A DNA stretch of 58,444 nucleotides, from positions 1-58,444 of IMG/VR virus record IMGVR_UViG_3300017963_004517; one strand, written 5' to 3'. The stretch is from a virus (taxonomy: Duplodnaviria > Caudoviricetes). Positions 47,822 through 56,402 of this stretch are shown here, one piece after another (the stretch's first letter is position 1; every line of letters starts with the position of its first letter). The notes under the pieces are model-generated. The model was not told the origin of the DNA. It did not search any database and saw nothing but the letters and a program-made list of their open reading frames with translations. The position numbers were made by a program, and so were the translations under genes.

Positions 47822-49255
47822 TCACCTTCCAAATGTGCCGGCAACTCGAGGGCCGACTAATTCATTATAGCATCCCGACGCCGCGTCGACAATATCATCA
47901 TGGTACTGTGGATCCGGGAAATTGTGCAACTGCGCCAAAAACTCCTCGTTCCAAGAGCCGGCCAGCAGTTTGACATTTCCAGCAAAGGCCTGGGATGCCA
48001 ACGGCTTCGCACGCAAAACCTTGTCGCCGGCACCCGCCACCGGGATACCCATCACGTCGAAGCCCTGCATTCCTGTGACCACGTTGTAAGCATCCCGAAC
48101 GCCAGACGCCCCGCCCTCCTGTTCGAACCGGACCGCAACCTTCAACCCCCCAGAGTTGTCCTGGGTCGCAGTATTGAAAACAGCATTATTGGCCTCAGCC
48201 GGACTCATGCGCTCGTTGGACATATCCAGGATATAGGTTATCCCGTCCACGATCTTGCCCTTGACCGAGGCTGTGTAATCCGGGTCATCCTTTTTCTTGG
48301 TCGTGCCCAGGCTCTTCTTGGTCGCCGCGAAATCCCAAAAACGCACCATGCGTCCGCCGGCCGGCACGGCCGGCACGATCTCGAACCAGGCCCGGTTGAA
48401 CACCAGGCCGGCCTCCGGTTTGATTTTCCAGTTTCCGCCGCGCCTAGCATCCCCGAGCAGCCGCTGCCGGTCCACCAGGGGAAGCGCCTGCAAGTTGGCC
48501 AGGTAAGCCGGATCCTTAGACAACAGAATCTCATTATCGTAGACTGTGGAGAGAATGAAGGTCACCGATTTGGGCAATGACCCCGGGAACTTTTCCTGCA
48601 ACTCACCTGGAGTGTCAGCCCAATGGATCTGGTCATTCTCGTTGACCATCCAACGGATAACCCCAGATCGCTCAGGGATAGCCCAGCCCTCGTCGTCGAT
48701 CCACCAGGCCAGGAAATCGGCCAGCCAGCCAGGCTCCGGATTGGCACTGGCTCTCACATATGGCTTGACCCCGCACATCGACCGGTTGCGGGATAGCATG
48801 TAGAAAAACTGCGACTGTGTGAAGGTCTCAAGTTGGTCGAACTCAAGCAACGGAACCTGGGCGCTTTTCCAGGCCTCCTTGTCCTGTTCTCGCTGCATGT
48901 GAGAGAATGAGATATTCGAGCCGGCAGGGAACCGGTAACGCTTGTCGTTCTCGTTTGGCCGGCCACCCAGATAGGGATAGATATCGCCGGCCTCATCCCA
49001 TAGAGCACCCTCATGGGTGATCTCCGGGATAGTACGCCGGAAGATGACCGCGCCAAAACCTGGATTGGAAATATGACGAAGAGGCTCGACCAACAGGCTC
49101 CAGGTTTTGCCCCCGCCGGCGGCGCCACCATAGATGGCAATGTCAGCCGACGAGGCATGGAACTCAGCCTGCCTTGGTTGAGGGACTACTACAAAGTTGT
49201 CAGGGTTGGATAGTTGAGTCTGTACGGCTCGATCAACATCAGTTTTTGTCAGCAC
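47822..49255 (-). CDS. terL: Terminase large subunit
   Basis: YGGAAGGGKT, ASANP, WDFAAT, DYTA, HDDIVDA. Confidence 0.95.
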   Translation of the reverse strand: MLTKTDVDRAVQTQLSNPDNFVVVPQPRQAEFHASSADIAIYGGAAGGGKTWSLLVEPLRHISNPGFGAVIFRRTIPEITHEGALWDEAGDIYPYLGGRPNENDKRYRFPAGSNISFSHMQREQDKEAWKSAQVPLLEFDQLETFTQSQFFYMLSRNRSMCGVKPYVRASANPEPGWLADFLAWWIDDEGWAIPERSGVIRWMVNENDQIHWADTPGELQEKFPGSLPKSVTFILSTVYDNEILLSKDPAYLANLQALPLVDRQRLLGDARRGGNWKIKPEAGLVFNRAWFEIVPAVPAGGRMVRFWDFAATKKSLGTTKKKDDPDYTASVKGKIVDGITYILDMSNERMSPAEANNAVFNTATQDNSGGLKVAVRFEQEGGASGVRDAYNVVTGMQGFDVMGIPVAGAGDKVLRAKPLASQAFAGNVKLLAGSWNEEFLAQLHNFPDPQYHDDIVDAASGCYNELVGPRVAGTFGR

Positions 49256-49652
49256 GTTTGTTGTCTGGGAGATAAACGTTCACCTGGGCAACCTCCCCTA
49301 TATGTTCCTGCTCTTCTCGTGGCTTCCATCGTTCTGGGAACCGCCTGGCCAGGAAATCTCTAGCCGCCTGCCAGCTATATGGAATCTGTTGCTGCCATTG
49401 AGAAACGACGCGAATTTCGGCACGCGCTTCGGCAGCCTGTACCACCTCAAAAAACTCTAAATATTTTTTGTTGGTTCTTGTCTTTTTTTTCTCTCCGCTG
49501 GCAAGAGCCTCCCCCATTTTCATCCAGTTTCGAAAAGTCTGGTAGTCTATGCCGGCGTAAGCACACGCCGCCTCGTAATAGTTGCCGCCGGCGATGGCCT
49601 TTTCGATCTTTTTTCGTACGTCTGGTGTAAGTTTGGAGGGCCTGCCCATCAC
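49239..49652 (-). CDS. Terminase small subunit
   Basis: GRPSKLTP + HTH, WQAA..FL.RRFP..W; upstream of terL. Confidence 0.75.
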   Translation of the reverse strand: MMGRPSKLTPDVRKKIEKAIAGGNYYEAACAYAGIDYQTFRNWMKMGEALASGEKKKTRTNKKYLEFFEVVQAAEARAEIRVVSQWQQQIPYSWQAARDFLARRFPERWKPREEQEHIGEVAQVNVYLPDNKRADKN

Positions 49653-49697
49653 GCTTATCCTTGTAAGTCAAATGGTTTTTTGTTTTCAGTATAGCAT

Positions 49698-49728
49698 AAA
49701 ACCACCCTCTTTTTTTTGAGGGTGGTTA
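49698..49728 (-). terminator. Intrinsic terminator
   Basis: AACCACCCTC/GAGGGTGGTT stem with a U-tract on the minus strand, after the radical SAM gene. Confidence 0.65.
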
Positions 49729-49751
49729 CATTTGGGTGACTTTTTCAATTA

Positions 49752-50609
49752 TCAGTTGTGCTGTGGGATCCGCTTGGGGTTGTGATACCCGGCCGGCAGG
49801 AATGGCTGCAGATCCTTTTTGAAGTAGTGCACTATCCCCAGGTCCTGGCATAACTCCATCATTGCCTCGGTGTAGGATTTCCAGTCCGTTGTATTGGTCA
49901 TGGGCAGGTAGTTAGCCCGGCCAATCTTGAAGAGATCCACAAACTCGTGAGTCTCTTTGATAATCTGCAGGCTGGCCTCTGTGCTCAGGGTAGGCTCCAG
50001 GGATACCCAGGTAAAAATGCCGGCCTCGTGGAAGGTTTTCAGGGTATCGATCCTGTCCTGGGGGAGGGCTGCTGCGCGTTCCCACTTTAGGGAGAAGGTA
50101 TCATCCAGAGAAGTGAGAGTCGAGGCGAAGGCGTCCCGGTCCGGCCGGAAGAGCTCCAGGTAGGGCAGGGCTCGGGAGCCGCCTTTGGTCAGGGTACAAA
50201 AGGCCAGGCCGTGATCGACCAGGGTTTCGATGGTAGGACGGGTCAAACTTGTGTCCAGTGGATTGAAGGGATCGGTCGTGAAACTGAGCATGACCTGGGA
50301 CGTGGATCCAAGCGCCTGGTATTTCAAGGCATCCTTTTTGAGATTGGCCAGGAAATTCGGGCGAGGGGAGGCAGCGGCATCGAACTGCGGTCGGGACATC
50401 CGCAAGACAGCCGGCACGTAGCAATACGCGCATTTATGGCCACATCCCCGGTATGGATTGGTTGCCAGCGGAGCGTACTCGCCGGCCTGCCCTTTGGGAG
50501 CATAGATATATGAACAACCTTTTACGGATACTCCGTCCGGGTTGAATTGAGGCGCCGGCCCCGAGTAGGGAGCCGGAGTCTGGTCAAATAGGTTTGGTTG
50601 TGAAGTCAT
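49752..50609 (-). CDS. Radical SAM protein (SPL-like clade)
   Basis: NPYRGCGHKCAYCY, SFTTDP, LTKG, WVSLEP. Confidence 0.9.
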   Translation of the reverse strand: MTSQPNLFDQTPAPYSGPAPQFNPDGVSVKGCSYIYAPKGQAGEYAPLATNPYRGCGHKCAYCYVPAVLRMSRPQFDAAASPRPNFLANLKKDALKYQALGSTSQVMLSFTTDPFNPLDTSLTRPTIETLVDHGLAFCTLTKGGSRALPYLELFRPDRDAFASTLTSLDDTFSLKWERAAALPQDRIDTLKTFHEAGIFTWVSLEPTLSTEASLQIIKETHEFVDLFKIGRANYLPMTNTTDWKSYTEAMMELCQDLGIVHYFKKDLQPFLPAGYHNPKRIPQHN

Positions 50610-50956
50610 TTGGATTCTCCTGTTGCTTTTTCAATAGCCAAGCGAGCGCATCGAACTAAAAAATCAAGGCTGTGACGATGGCTTCCTCCGTTCTCGTGAA
50701 ACCTTGTCAATCTTTCGAGAGCTTCCAAAAGATCCGGAGCAGCGGCTATCAGGCGAGCGTCAGCGTTGACCAGTTCTTGGCATCTCCAACTTTCAGCCTC
50801 GTGTAATACTGCGATTCGGGTATGCCTACCATAGATACCCCAGGCGTTTTGGTTACCCTGGGAGTCTGGGTTTTTCCCGTCAAATATTCCGGCGTTTCGG
50901 TATGACCTACAATCCTGTTGGGCCTTCCATGGGCCGGGTGTGTGTTTTGTTGTCAT
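50606..50956 (-). CDS. Conserved phage hypothetical protein
   Basis: HTPGPW...ADARLIAAAPDLLEAL. Confidence 0.75.
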   Translation of the reverse strand: MTTKHTPGPWKAQQDCRSYRNAGIFDGKNPDSQGNQNAWGIYGRHTRIAVLHEAESWRCQELVNADARLIAAAPDLLEALERLTRFHENGGSHRHSLDFLVRCARLAIEKATGESK

Positions 50957-50969
50957 TGGTTCCTCCAAT

Positions 50970-51851
50970 CTAAATATTCTGGTAAGCATTTTGCAGAGCC
51001 AGGGATGCCGCCTGGCATTCCTGAACCTTGAAATTTTTTCCGAGCTTTTGCCATTCGAGAGCCGCAGTGTTCCAGAATTCGATCAACTTCAAAATGGTAT
51101 CTCCGGGAGTGTCTCCCTTTAGGTCTGGGGTGACCGTCGAGGGAGTCGGCGGGGATGAAAAGTCAAGCTGACTGGCCGGCACTTCCTGGACCACCCACAA
51201 AGGCTCCTCGAACATCTTGGCCTGGTGCTGCTGGGTTGCGTATTCGCTCACCAGCCGGCGAAACCAGCCGGTTGTCGGTTTCGGGTTCTTGCGAAGAGCA
51301 GCCACTGCCAGGCTCTGACGGTTCGGATCCAGGTTGGCCGAGGCCAGGATCTGGGCATACCCGAGTTTCAAATTATCCGTGCGGACCAGGTGCTGCAAGT
51401 CCTCGCGCAGGGTCAAGAGCTTGAGTCTGTATTGTACCCGCACATCACTCACGCCGGCTCGTTTTGCGCATTCTGCGACCGTCCAGCCCAGACGCTCGAT
51501 CCGGTGCAAATAGGCGTTGGCTTCGTCGATGGGGTCTAAATCTGAGCGGGATACGTTCTCCGAGAGCATGATCGCCGAGGCATCTTCGTCTGAAAGTTCT
51601 TTGACGATAGCCGGCACGGTTTCCCAGCCCAGGGAACGGATAGCCCGAAACCGTCGCTCGCCGGCGACGATCTCATATTCAGCCGCATCGCTCAAGCTGG
51701 ATGGGGCAGGGCGGACTGTGATGGGTTGGATCAGGCCGTTCTTTTCGATGTTATCAGCCAGGTCCTGGAGATCCTCTTTGTCGAAGATCGTCCGGTCGTT
51801 ATTCCCAGGGAGTATCTGATCCCATGGGATTTGGTGAACTTTTTGGGTCAT
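50970..51851 (-). CDS. ParB/Spo0J-family protein
   Basis: GLIQPITVR, IVAGERRFRA, ENVSRSDLDPIDEA, HTH. Confidence 0.9.
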   Translation of the reverse strand: MTQKVHQIPWDQILPGNNDRTIFDKEDLQDLADNIEKNGLIQPITVRPAPSSLSDAAEYEIVAGERRFRAIRSLGWETVPAIVKELSDEDASAIMLSENVSRSDLDPIDEANAYLHRIERLGWTVAECAKRAGVSDVRVQYRLKLLTLREDLQHLVRTDNLKLGYAQILASANLDPNRQSLAVAALRKNPKPTTGWFRRLVSEYATQQHQAKMFEEPLWVVQEVPASQLDFSSPPTPSTVTPDLKGDTPGDTILKLIEFWNTAALEWQKLGKNFKVQECQAASLALQNAYQNI

Positions 51852-51888
51852 AGCGCCTCCTAGATTAGATGGATGGTCTTACAAGGTA

Positions 51889-51922
51889 ATTGTACTCTAC
51901 AAACCCTTATTCGTCAAGGCTT
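51889..51922 (-). promoter_or_regulatory. sigma70 promoter with operator-like palindrome
   Basis: TTGACG-17-TACAAT, then ACCATCC...CTAGGAGG. Confidence 0.75.
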
Positions 51923-52462
51923 TTACAGATTGAAAAAGCCGTAGTATTTCCTCCCGTGGTTTATGTAAGTCACCTGCTCAACCCCTCGCAAGGCCAGGAA
52001 TTCCCTGAACTTTTGCCAGCCATTTCGGGAGCACAGGATAGGGGATTTCTCGATCATCGTCCGGCTGAACCCGATCTCTTCCAGCATATCCCAGGGAAGC
52101 TGGCCGGCGAAAGATTTAATGAACGTAAAGAATACCAGGCCGTGATAATCCCGCTCGAAGAGGATTTTGAGTTGAGCATAGGGGACCCCGTAAGAGTCCA
52201 GGTCGATCACGTTGTAAACCGAGAGATTCAAAGCTGTCAAAAAACGGGTGTTATCCCCTACCAGGTGGAATCCGCCTTTGTTCTTTTCCTTTTCTATTGA
52301 CAAGGTTTTTATGTTTTTGTCAGGGTTAGATTCCTTGACCATCTTCCAGATCGTGCCCTCGCCGGCGAAGCAATCCAGGACCACGGCCGGATCCGGGAGG
52401 TGCCGGCTGCGCAAACTGACCTTATCCTGGAGGTGGGCATTATCCGTTTTAATTTGCCCCAT
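51923..52462 (-). CDS. Methyltransferase-like protein
   Basis: VLDCFAGEG.IW, VIDLDSYG.P. Confidence 0.65.
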   Translation of the reverse strand: MGQIKTDNAHLQDKVSLRSRHLPDPAVVLDCFAGEGTIWKMVKESNPDKNIKTLSIEKEKNKGGFHLVGDNTRFLTALNLSVYNVIDLDSYGVPYAQLKILFERDYHGLVFFTFIKSFAGQLPWDMLEEIGFSRTMIEKSPILCSRNGWQKFREFLALRGVEQVTYINHGRKYYGFFNL

Positions 52463-53114
52463 AGTCCACCTCAACCCCCTCGATCAGTTGTATCTGGTCG
52501 ACCAGGTCCGTGACAAAAACGGCCGCATCGATAGGGAAGCTGATCAATACCCTGGCCATGGTATAGGGAGTCAGTTGCTCAGTTTGCTCGAAGCCCTGGA
52601 CGCCGTCCATGCCGTCGGATCCCATTTCCTCCAAAAAAAGCAAGACATCCTGGTCGTCTGTTTCAATCTGCTCGAGCAATTTGTCGACATTGTCCTGGTC
52701 TGTTTCGGCCAGGGCTGCAATGGCATCCAGGGACAAAAGAGCCTGGGCCTCTTCCGCTTCTGACAGGTCTACATGGATGTACGGGACGTATCCATCCCCG
52801 TGCCTGAGAGCGTTCAAGACTCTTTCGTGCCCATCTATCAGGTTGCCGGTTCGTTTATTCTCGAGAGCAAATTGAATCCATCCCAGGGAGTTGAGGGATC
52901 CCTCGACCGCGCTTTGTTGCTTGGGGGGATGCTTTCTCCAGTTTTTCGGATGCTCTTTGAACTGGCTGGCTCGCTTGGCGCCGAATCCAATGATCAGCAG
53001 CCGGCGATCTCCAATCTTGACAAACGAGTCGCGGACATCCTGGGGGACTTCCGTGTACCATAATTCGTTGGTATTTTTTGCCTTTGATTTTGGTTTGGCG
53101 TCTGGCATGGTCAC
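52449..53114 (-). CDS. ParB/Srx-like N-terminal domain protein
   Basis: HPKNWRKHP..Q, SL..LGW, LIDGHER. Confidence 0.75.
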   Translation of the reverse strand: MTMPDAKPKSKAKNTNELWYTEVPQDVRDSFVKIGDRRLLIIGFGAKRASQFKEHPKNWRKHPPKQQSAVEGSLNSLGWIQFALENKRTGNLIDGHERVLNALRHGDGYVPYIHVDLSEAEEAQALLSLDAIAALAETDQDNVDKLLEQIETDDQDVLLFLEEMGSDGMDGVQGFEQTEQLTPYTMARVLISFPIDAAVFVTDLVDQIQLIEGVEVDYGAN

Positions 53115-53138
53115 CTCTTATGCCTAGTATAGCACAAT

Positions 53139-53164
53139 GAAAAAGAGACCCGTCAGGGTCTCTT
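53139..53164 (-). terminator. Intrinsic terminator
   Basis: AAGAGACCC/GGGTCTCTT stem with a U-tract on the minus strand. Confidence 0.65.
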
Positions 53165-53184
53165 GGAGATGGGATCACCTCCTG

Positions 53185-53361
53185 TTATTTTTCTTTGGCC
53201 CGTAACTTTTTCCAGGCCTCTCGAAGCTCTTCGTCAGAGGAATATTTTTCCTCCGGGATTCCTAATTTCTTAGACATCTCGCGGATGAATTTTTTGTATT
53301 CCTTGAAGGATCTTGTTGACGGCTTGCCGTAGTGTACTGTATTTTTCTTTTGTTTTGCCAT
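53185..53361 (-). CDS. 58-aa basic protein, possible partner of the upstream tagged enzyme
   Basis: MAKQKKNTVHYGKP...REAWKKLRAKEK; AGGAG RBS; below the ORF-track cutoff. Confidence 0.55.
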   Translation of the reverse strand: MAKQKKNTVHYGKPSTRSFKEYKKFIREMSKKLGIPEEKYSSDEELREAWKKLRAKEK

Positions 53362-53370
53362 TTCATACTC

Positions 53371-53919
53371 CTAGTCATGAAATTCTGGGGCTTGACCTTT
53401 TGGCCAGACCGTTTTTATTGATTTGTCATTTAGCAAATCATAAAATTCTCGTTGCTTGTGCTTTACTCCCAGGGAGTTGGCCTCCTCGATGGTCTCAACC
53501 GGGATGCTTACGTCAAGATAGATATTTCCATCTTCCGTATTGAACCAGCCTCCGAAGTATTTGTCATCATCCTTTAGAAGATCCCAATTTTCATCGACAT
53601 AATCTGACAGGTCTTTTTCTGTGATGTCTTTGGCCGGGATGATCTTGCTCCGTTCGGCATAGGGTGAAACGATAAACCCGACAGCGGCGGCGTGCTCTTC
53701 TAAAACTGGCTGGTATGAAAATCCGCCTTTCTCCAGTAAATGATCCCGCAGGGATTTGTACTTTGATGGCTTCGATGTCTTTGACGGCTTAGATGATTTT
53801 CTGCCTCCGCCTGGAGCAGAGCCGCCACGCTGGCCAGGCCGGCCCTTGTGTCCTTTGTGACCGGAACCCTTGCCGCCGCTCAGTACAAGTTTCATTCGCT
53901 CCAGGTTTATTTTGTTCAT
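53371..53919 (-). CDS. Tagged protein with a putative SAM-lyase-like domain
   Basis: GGKGSGHKGHKGRPGQRGGSAPG tag; GGFSY...GGW...YLDVS...A...G..KQ..YDL; TATAAT 6 nt before ATG suggests a leaderless mRNA. Confidence 0.55.
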   Translation of the reverse strand: MNKINLERMKLVLSGGKGSGHKGHKGRPGQRGGSAPGGGRKSSKPSKTSKPSKYKSLRDHLLEKGGFSYQPVLEEHAAAVGFIVSPYAERSKIIPAKDITEKDLSDYVDENWDLLKDDDKYFGGWFNTEDGNIYLDVSIPVETIEEANSLGVKHKQREFYDLLNDKSIKTVWPKGQAPEFHD

Positions 53920-53954
53920 AGTTTCATTATACACCTTTTTAGGGCCGGGGTAAA

Positions 53955-54152
53955 CTACTCCCTTTCAGGGGATACGTTGACCTTGACATCCCTGTCGATA
54001 CGGTAGACATTGATCAAAACCTCACCGTTCTCGAGGTTGACAATCGAGATCAAGCAACCTTTTCCATGCTGACCAGTGACCTCTATAATGCGTTCGTTTC
54101 TCATTGCATAGTTGTTTGCAACGCACTTGGTTTTTACTGATGGTTTTTTCAT
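53955..54152 (-). CDS. Hypothetical protein
   Basis: Coupled ORF with RBS. Confidence 0.55.
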   Translation of the reverse strand: MKKPSVKTKCVANNYAMRNERIIEVTGQHGKGCLISIVNLENGEVLINVYRIDRDVKVNVSPERE

Positions 54153-54361
54153 GATCTCCTCGCTTTTCCAATTTTCTTCTCAGGGTGAACGGGAAAATCC
54201 CAATCAGGAACCTCATCATCTGATAAAGAAGTGTGAATATTTCCGCCAATAACTAAGCCGCAATGTTTCTCCGCCCACTCCTCTGCCTGGGCTTTGTTTT
54301 CGGCGTTGATCACAAAGTGACCTTTGAATGTGTAAGATACTGGTACCTTATATGTTGCCAT
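54149..54361 (-). CDS. Hypothetical protein
   Basis: V..T..G...I.A.N...A motif common in phage early genes. Confidence 0.6.
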   Translation of the reverse strand: MATYKVPVSYTFKGHFVINAENKAQAEEWAEKHCGLVIGGNIHTSLSDDEVPDWDFPVHPEKKIGKARRS

Positions 54362-54365
54362 GATT

Positions 54366-54713
54366 TTACTCCTCGATCCCGTACTTGATCTTTCGAACGA
54401 GAGCTCGGCCGTCCCTGTGGGCAGCCGTCACGCTTTGGTAGGCAGCATCATGGGCTGGCATTTTCGCTTTGACATCTGCCAGAACTATGACCGCCTCTTC
54501 CAGTGCCTCCAGCAAATTTGGCGCCTCAGCGAAGAGATCCGCATACTTCTCGGATTCTTTGTCCCCTGCCGGCCCGGTCACAGCGACCAGGCCCAGGGTA
54601 TCGGCGTAGCATACGCAAGAATGCCGATCGATGCTTTTGAAGTTGTCGGTTGCATCGTAAACTCCGACCGACAACTCCCGGTCAAATGGTTTTGATAAAC
54701 TTTTGTTATCCAT
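54366..54713 (-). CDS. Hypothetical protein (APNLLEALEE family)
   Basis: AAGGAG RBS before MDNKS. Confidence 0.6.
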   Translation of the reverse strand: MDNKSLSKPFDRELSVGVYDATDNFKSIDRHSCVCYADTLGLVAVTGPAGDKESEKYADLFAEAPNLLEALEEAVIVLADVKAKMPAHDAAYQSVTAAHRDGRALVRKIKYGIEE

Positions 54714-54717
54714 GGCT

Positions 54718-55269
54718 TTACTCCTTTCCAGGCCAGGCCGGCGAGCCGGCTGGCACCACAAATTCGAATTCTCCACGATCCCGATAATCAGCCTCGGGAA
54801 CCAGGAAACAGCGACCGTCGCCCTTCCGGCTGGCAGCCTCCGAGCCTTTCAAGGCCACAACCCCGACAAATCCGGCAGGCACCGTTTCGTGCCAGGATCC
54901 GCTTGCTGAGATAACCAGCCAGTCATCTTGGTGATCGGCGTAATACTTCCGGCGCCGTAACTCCCGACTGTCCTCCAGTTTGACCGGCTGGCCAGTGTGT
55001 TCGGCATACTCATCCGGGTAACAATCCCGAAAACTCCTGATAGCCGACTCGACCATCTCGGGCTCGAACTCGTCCGGGAAAGCGATCACGAAGCGAGTCC
55101 ATTCGAGATCCTCTTCGAAGGTCCTGGATCCGTCGTGGGAGTAGGGGCTGGGCCGAAGCAGAGCCGGCGCCACCTTCTTCATTTCAGCATGCTTCGCCTG
55201 GCTGATCGTGTAATAGCCATGGCCAGGGGTAGAGCGGAAACTCACCCACTTTGGTAATGTGTAAGTCAT
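54718..55269 (-). CDS. DUF7007-like leading-region protein
   Basis: STPGHG...FEED.EW...FP; W..VP.G.VGV...FLVP..Y. Confidence 0.6.
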   Translation of the reverse strand: MTYTLPKWVSFRSTPGHGYYTISQAKHAEMKKVAPALLRPSPYSHDGSRTFEEDLEWTRFVIAFPDEFEPEMVESAIRSFRDCYPDEYAEHTGQPVKLEDSRELRRRKYYADHQDDWLVISASGSWHETVPAGFVGVVALKGSEAASRKGDGRCFLVPEADYRDRGEFEFVVPAGSPAWPGKE

Positions 55270-55270
55270 G

Positions 55271-55720
55271 TTAGTCCTCCTCCGTGAAATAATGGTACCC
55301 AGCGATCCCGTAGCTTTCCTTCATTGACGCGGGGGATTCGCCTCGGTCGGCGATCCATTTCGCGCAGCCAGGGCACAGGCCGTAACCGGTATCCCGGTTC
55401 CACCACTGCCGGCCCTTGGCAAGTCCACCACAGCAGCAGCAGGTCAAGGATTTGACCTTGATCCCGTAGCCGAGTTGGATGGTCTGGGTCACGCTGCAGG
55501 GATATTCCTGGCCGGCTTGGGCCTGGACGCCGGCAGCGTGCTTGCGAACATCGGGCAACAGTTTGCTCTTGCGATCGTAAACCGTGAGCTCGAGAGTCGC
55601 GTAGGACAGGTGGGCGATTTTCTTATAATCGCCGCGCTCTTCCTTGGTCCGGCCTGCATAGACCAGGCCGGTGGGAAATGAGCCAATAAAAAGATTGGGG
55701 TTGTTAGATTTTGGGGACAT
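55271..55720 (-). CDS. Hypothetical protein with C-terminal Cys motif
   Basis: CCCCG...QWWNRDTGYGLCPGC...YG.AG.H. Confidence 0.65.
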   Translation of the reverse strand: MSPKSNNPNLFIGSFPTGLVYAGRTKEERGDYKKIAHLSYATLELTVYDRKSKLLPDVRKHAAGVQAQAGQEYPCSVTQTIQLGYGIKVKSLTCCCCGGLAKGRQWWNRDTGYGLCPGCAKWIADRGESPASMKESYGIAGYHYFTEED

Positions 55721-55919
55721 TCGAAACCTCTCTGACGAATCTCGTCAACTCAACTTTTTCGACCTTGACATTGGTATAGCCGGCTCCAGTCAAATCATAA
55801 ACAACCTGACCTATAGCCTGCCCTTGATGCAGGGCATCCTCCGAAAGGCGAAACGAGCCCTCTCCCTTTTCAGGATGCTTGCAAGTGCCTGAAACAACAA
55901 AGGTGTAAATGTTAGGCAT
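55704..55919 (-). CDS. Hypothetical protein
   Basis: AAGGAG RBS; coupled. Confidence 0.55.
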   Translation of the reverse strand: MPNIYTFVVSGTCKHPEKGEGSFRLSEDALHQGQAIGQVVYDLTGAGYTNVKVEKVELTRFVREVSNVPKI

Positions 55920-56256
55920 TGGTTCTCCTTTTGATTACAACCCAGGATCCGGAAGTCCCCCAGCAGATCCTCCCAGATTCGAGGTGCTTCTTTAGTTCGG
56001 CGCGGTCATCATCTGGCAGGCGGTCAGACGTGCCTTTGTTCAGATGGATAACCAGCCGAGCGAGTTGCCAATCCAACAAAGTGACCAGGCGTTCCTGGAT
56101 CCAGGTCACCCTGCGGGGATCGCGTTGCCAGGTCAACTCCCTGGTCAATTGCCGACGCTCTTCCTTCAAGTTCTCCCTACAGAGAAAAGTGTAAGCAGCG
56201 GGGTACTTCTCATACAACTTTGTGATAGCCTCGCTGGTTATGTAGGATGTGTTCAT
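55912..56256 (-). CDS. Hypothetical protein
   Basis: CTAGGAGG RBS. Confidence 0.6.
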   Translation of the reverse strand: MNTSYITSEAITKLYEKYPAAYTFLCRENLKEERRQLTRELTWQRDPRRVTWIQERLVTLLDWQLARLVIHLNKGTSDRLPDDDRAELKKHLESGRICWGTSGSWVVIKRRTNA

Positions 56257-56288
56257 TTGTGCCTCCTAGAAATTTGAGTTGATCCTAA

Positions 56289-56392
56289 ATGATCGGGCTG
56301 GGGTCGAACCAGCGTTACCGGGCGGCTTATCGCCTGCACCCTTCCATCGCGCCTCAATAAAAGCTCTTCGCTTTGGCGGCGCTACCGACCAT
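56289..56392 (-). ncRNA. tRNA-like cloverleaf RNA with non-canonical D and anticodon arms
   Basis: AUGGUCGG/CCGAUCAU acceptor-like stem, UA, GCGCC/GGCGC stem, GCUGG-UUCGACC-CCAGC T-arm adjacent to the 3' strand. Confidence 0.55.
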
Positions 56393-56402
56393 GATGGCAT
56401 GA

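Noticed and set aside
56289-56392. Functional canonical tRNA gene
   Set aside because: No 7-nt anticodon loop, oversized D-loop and no CCA; kept only as a tRNA-like RNA.
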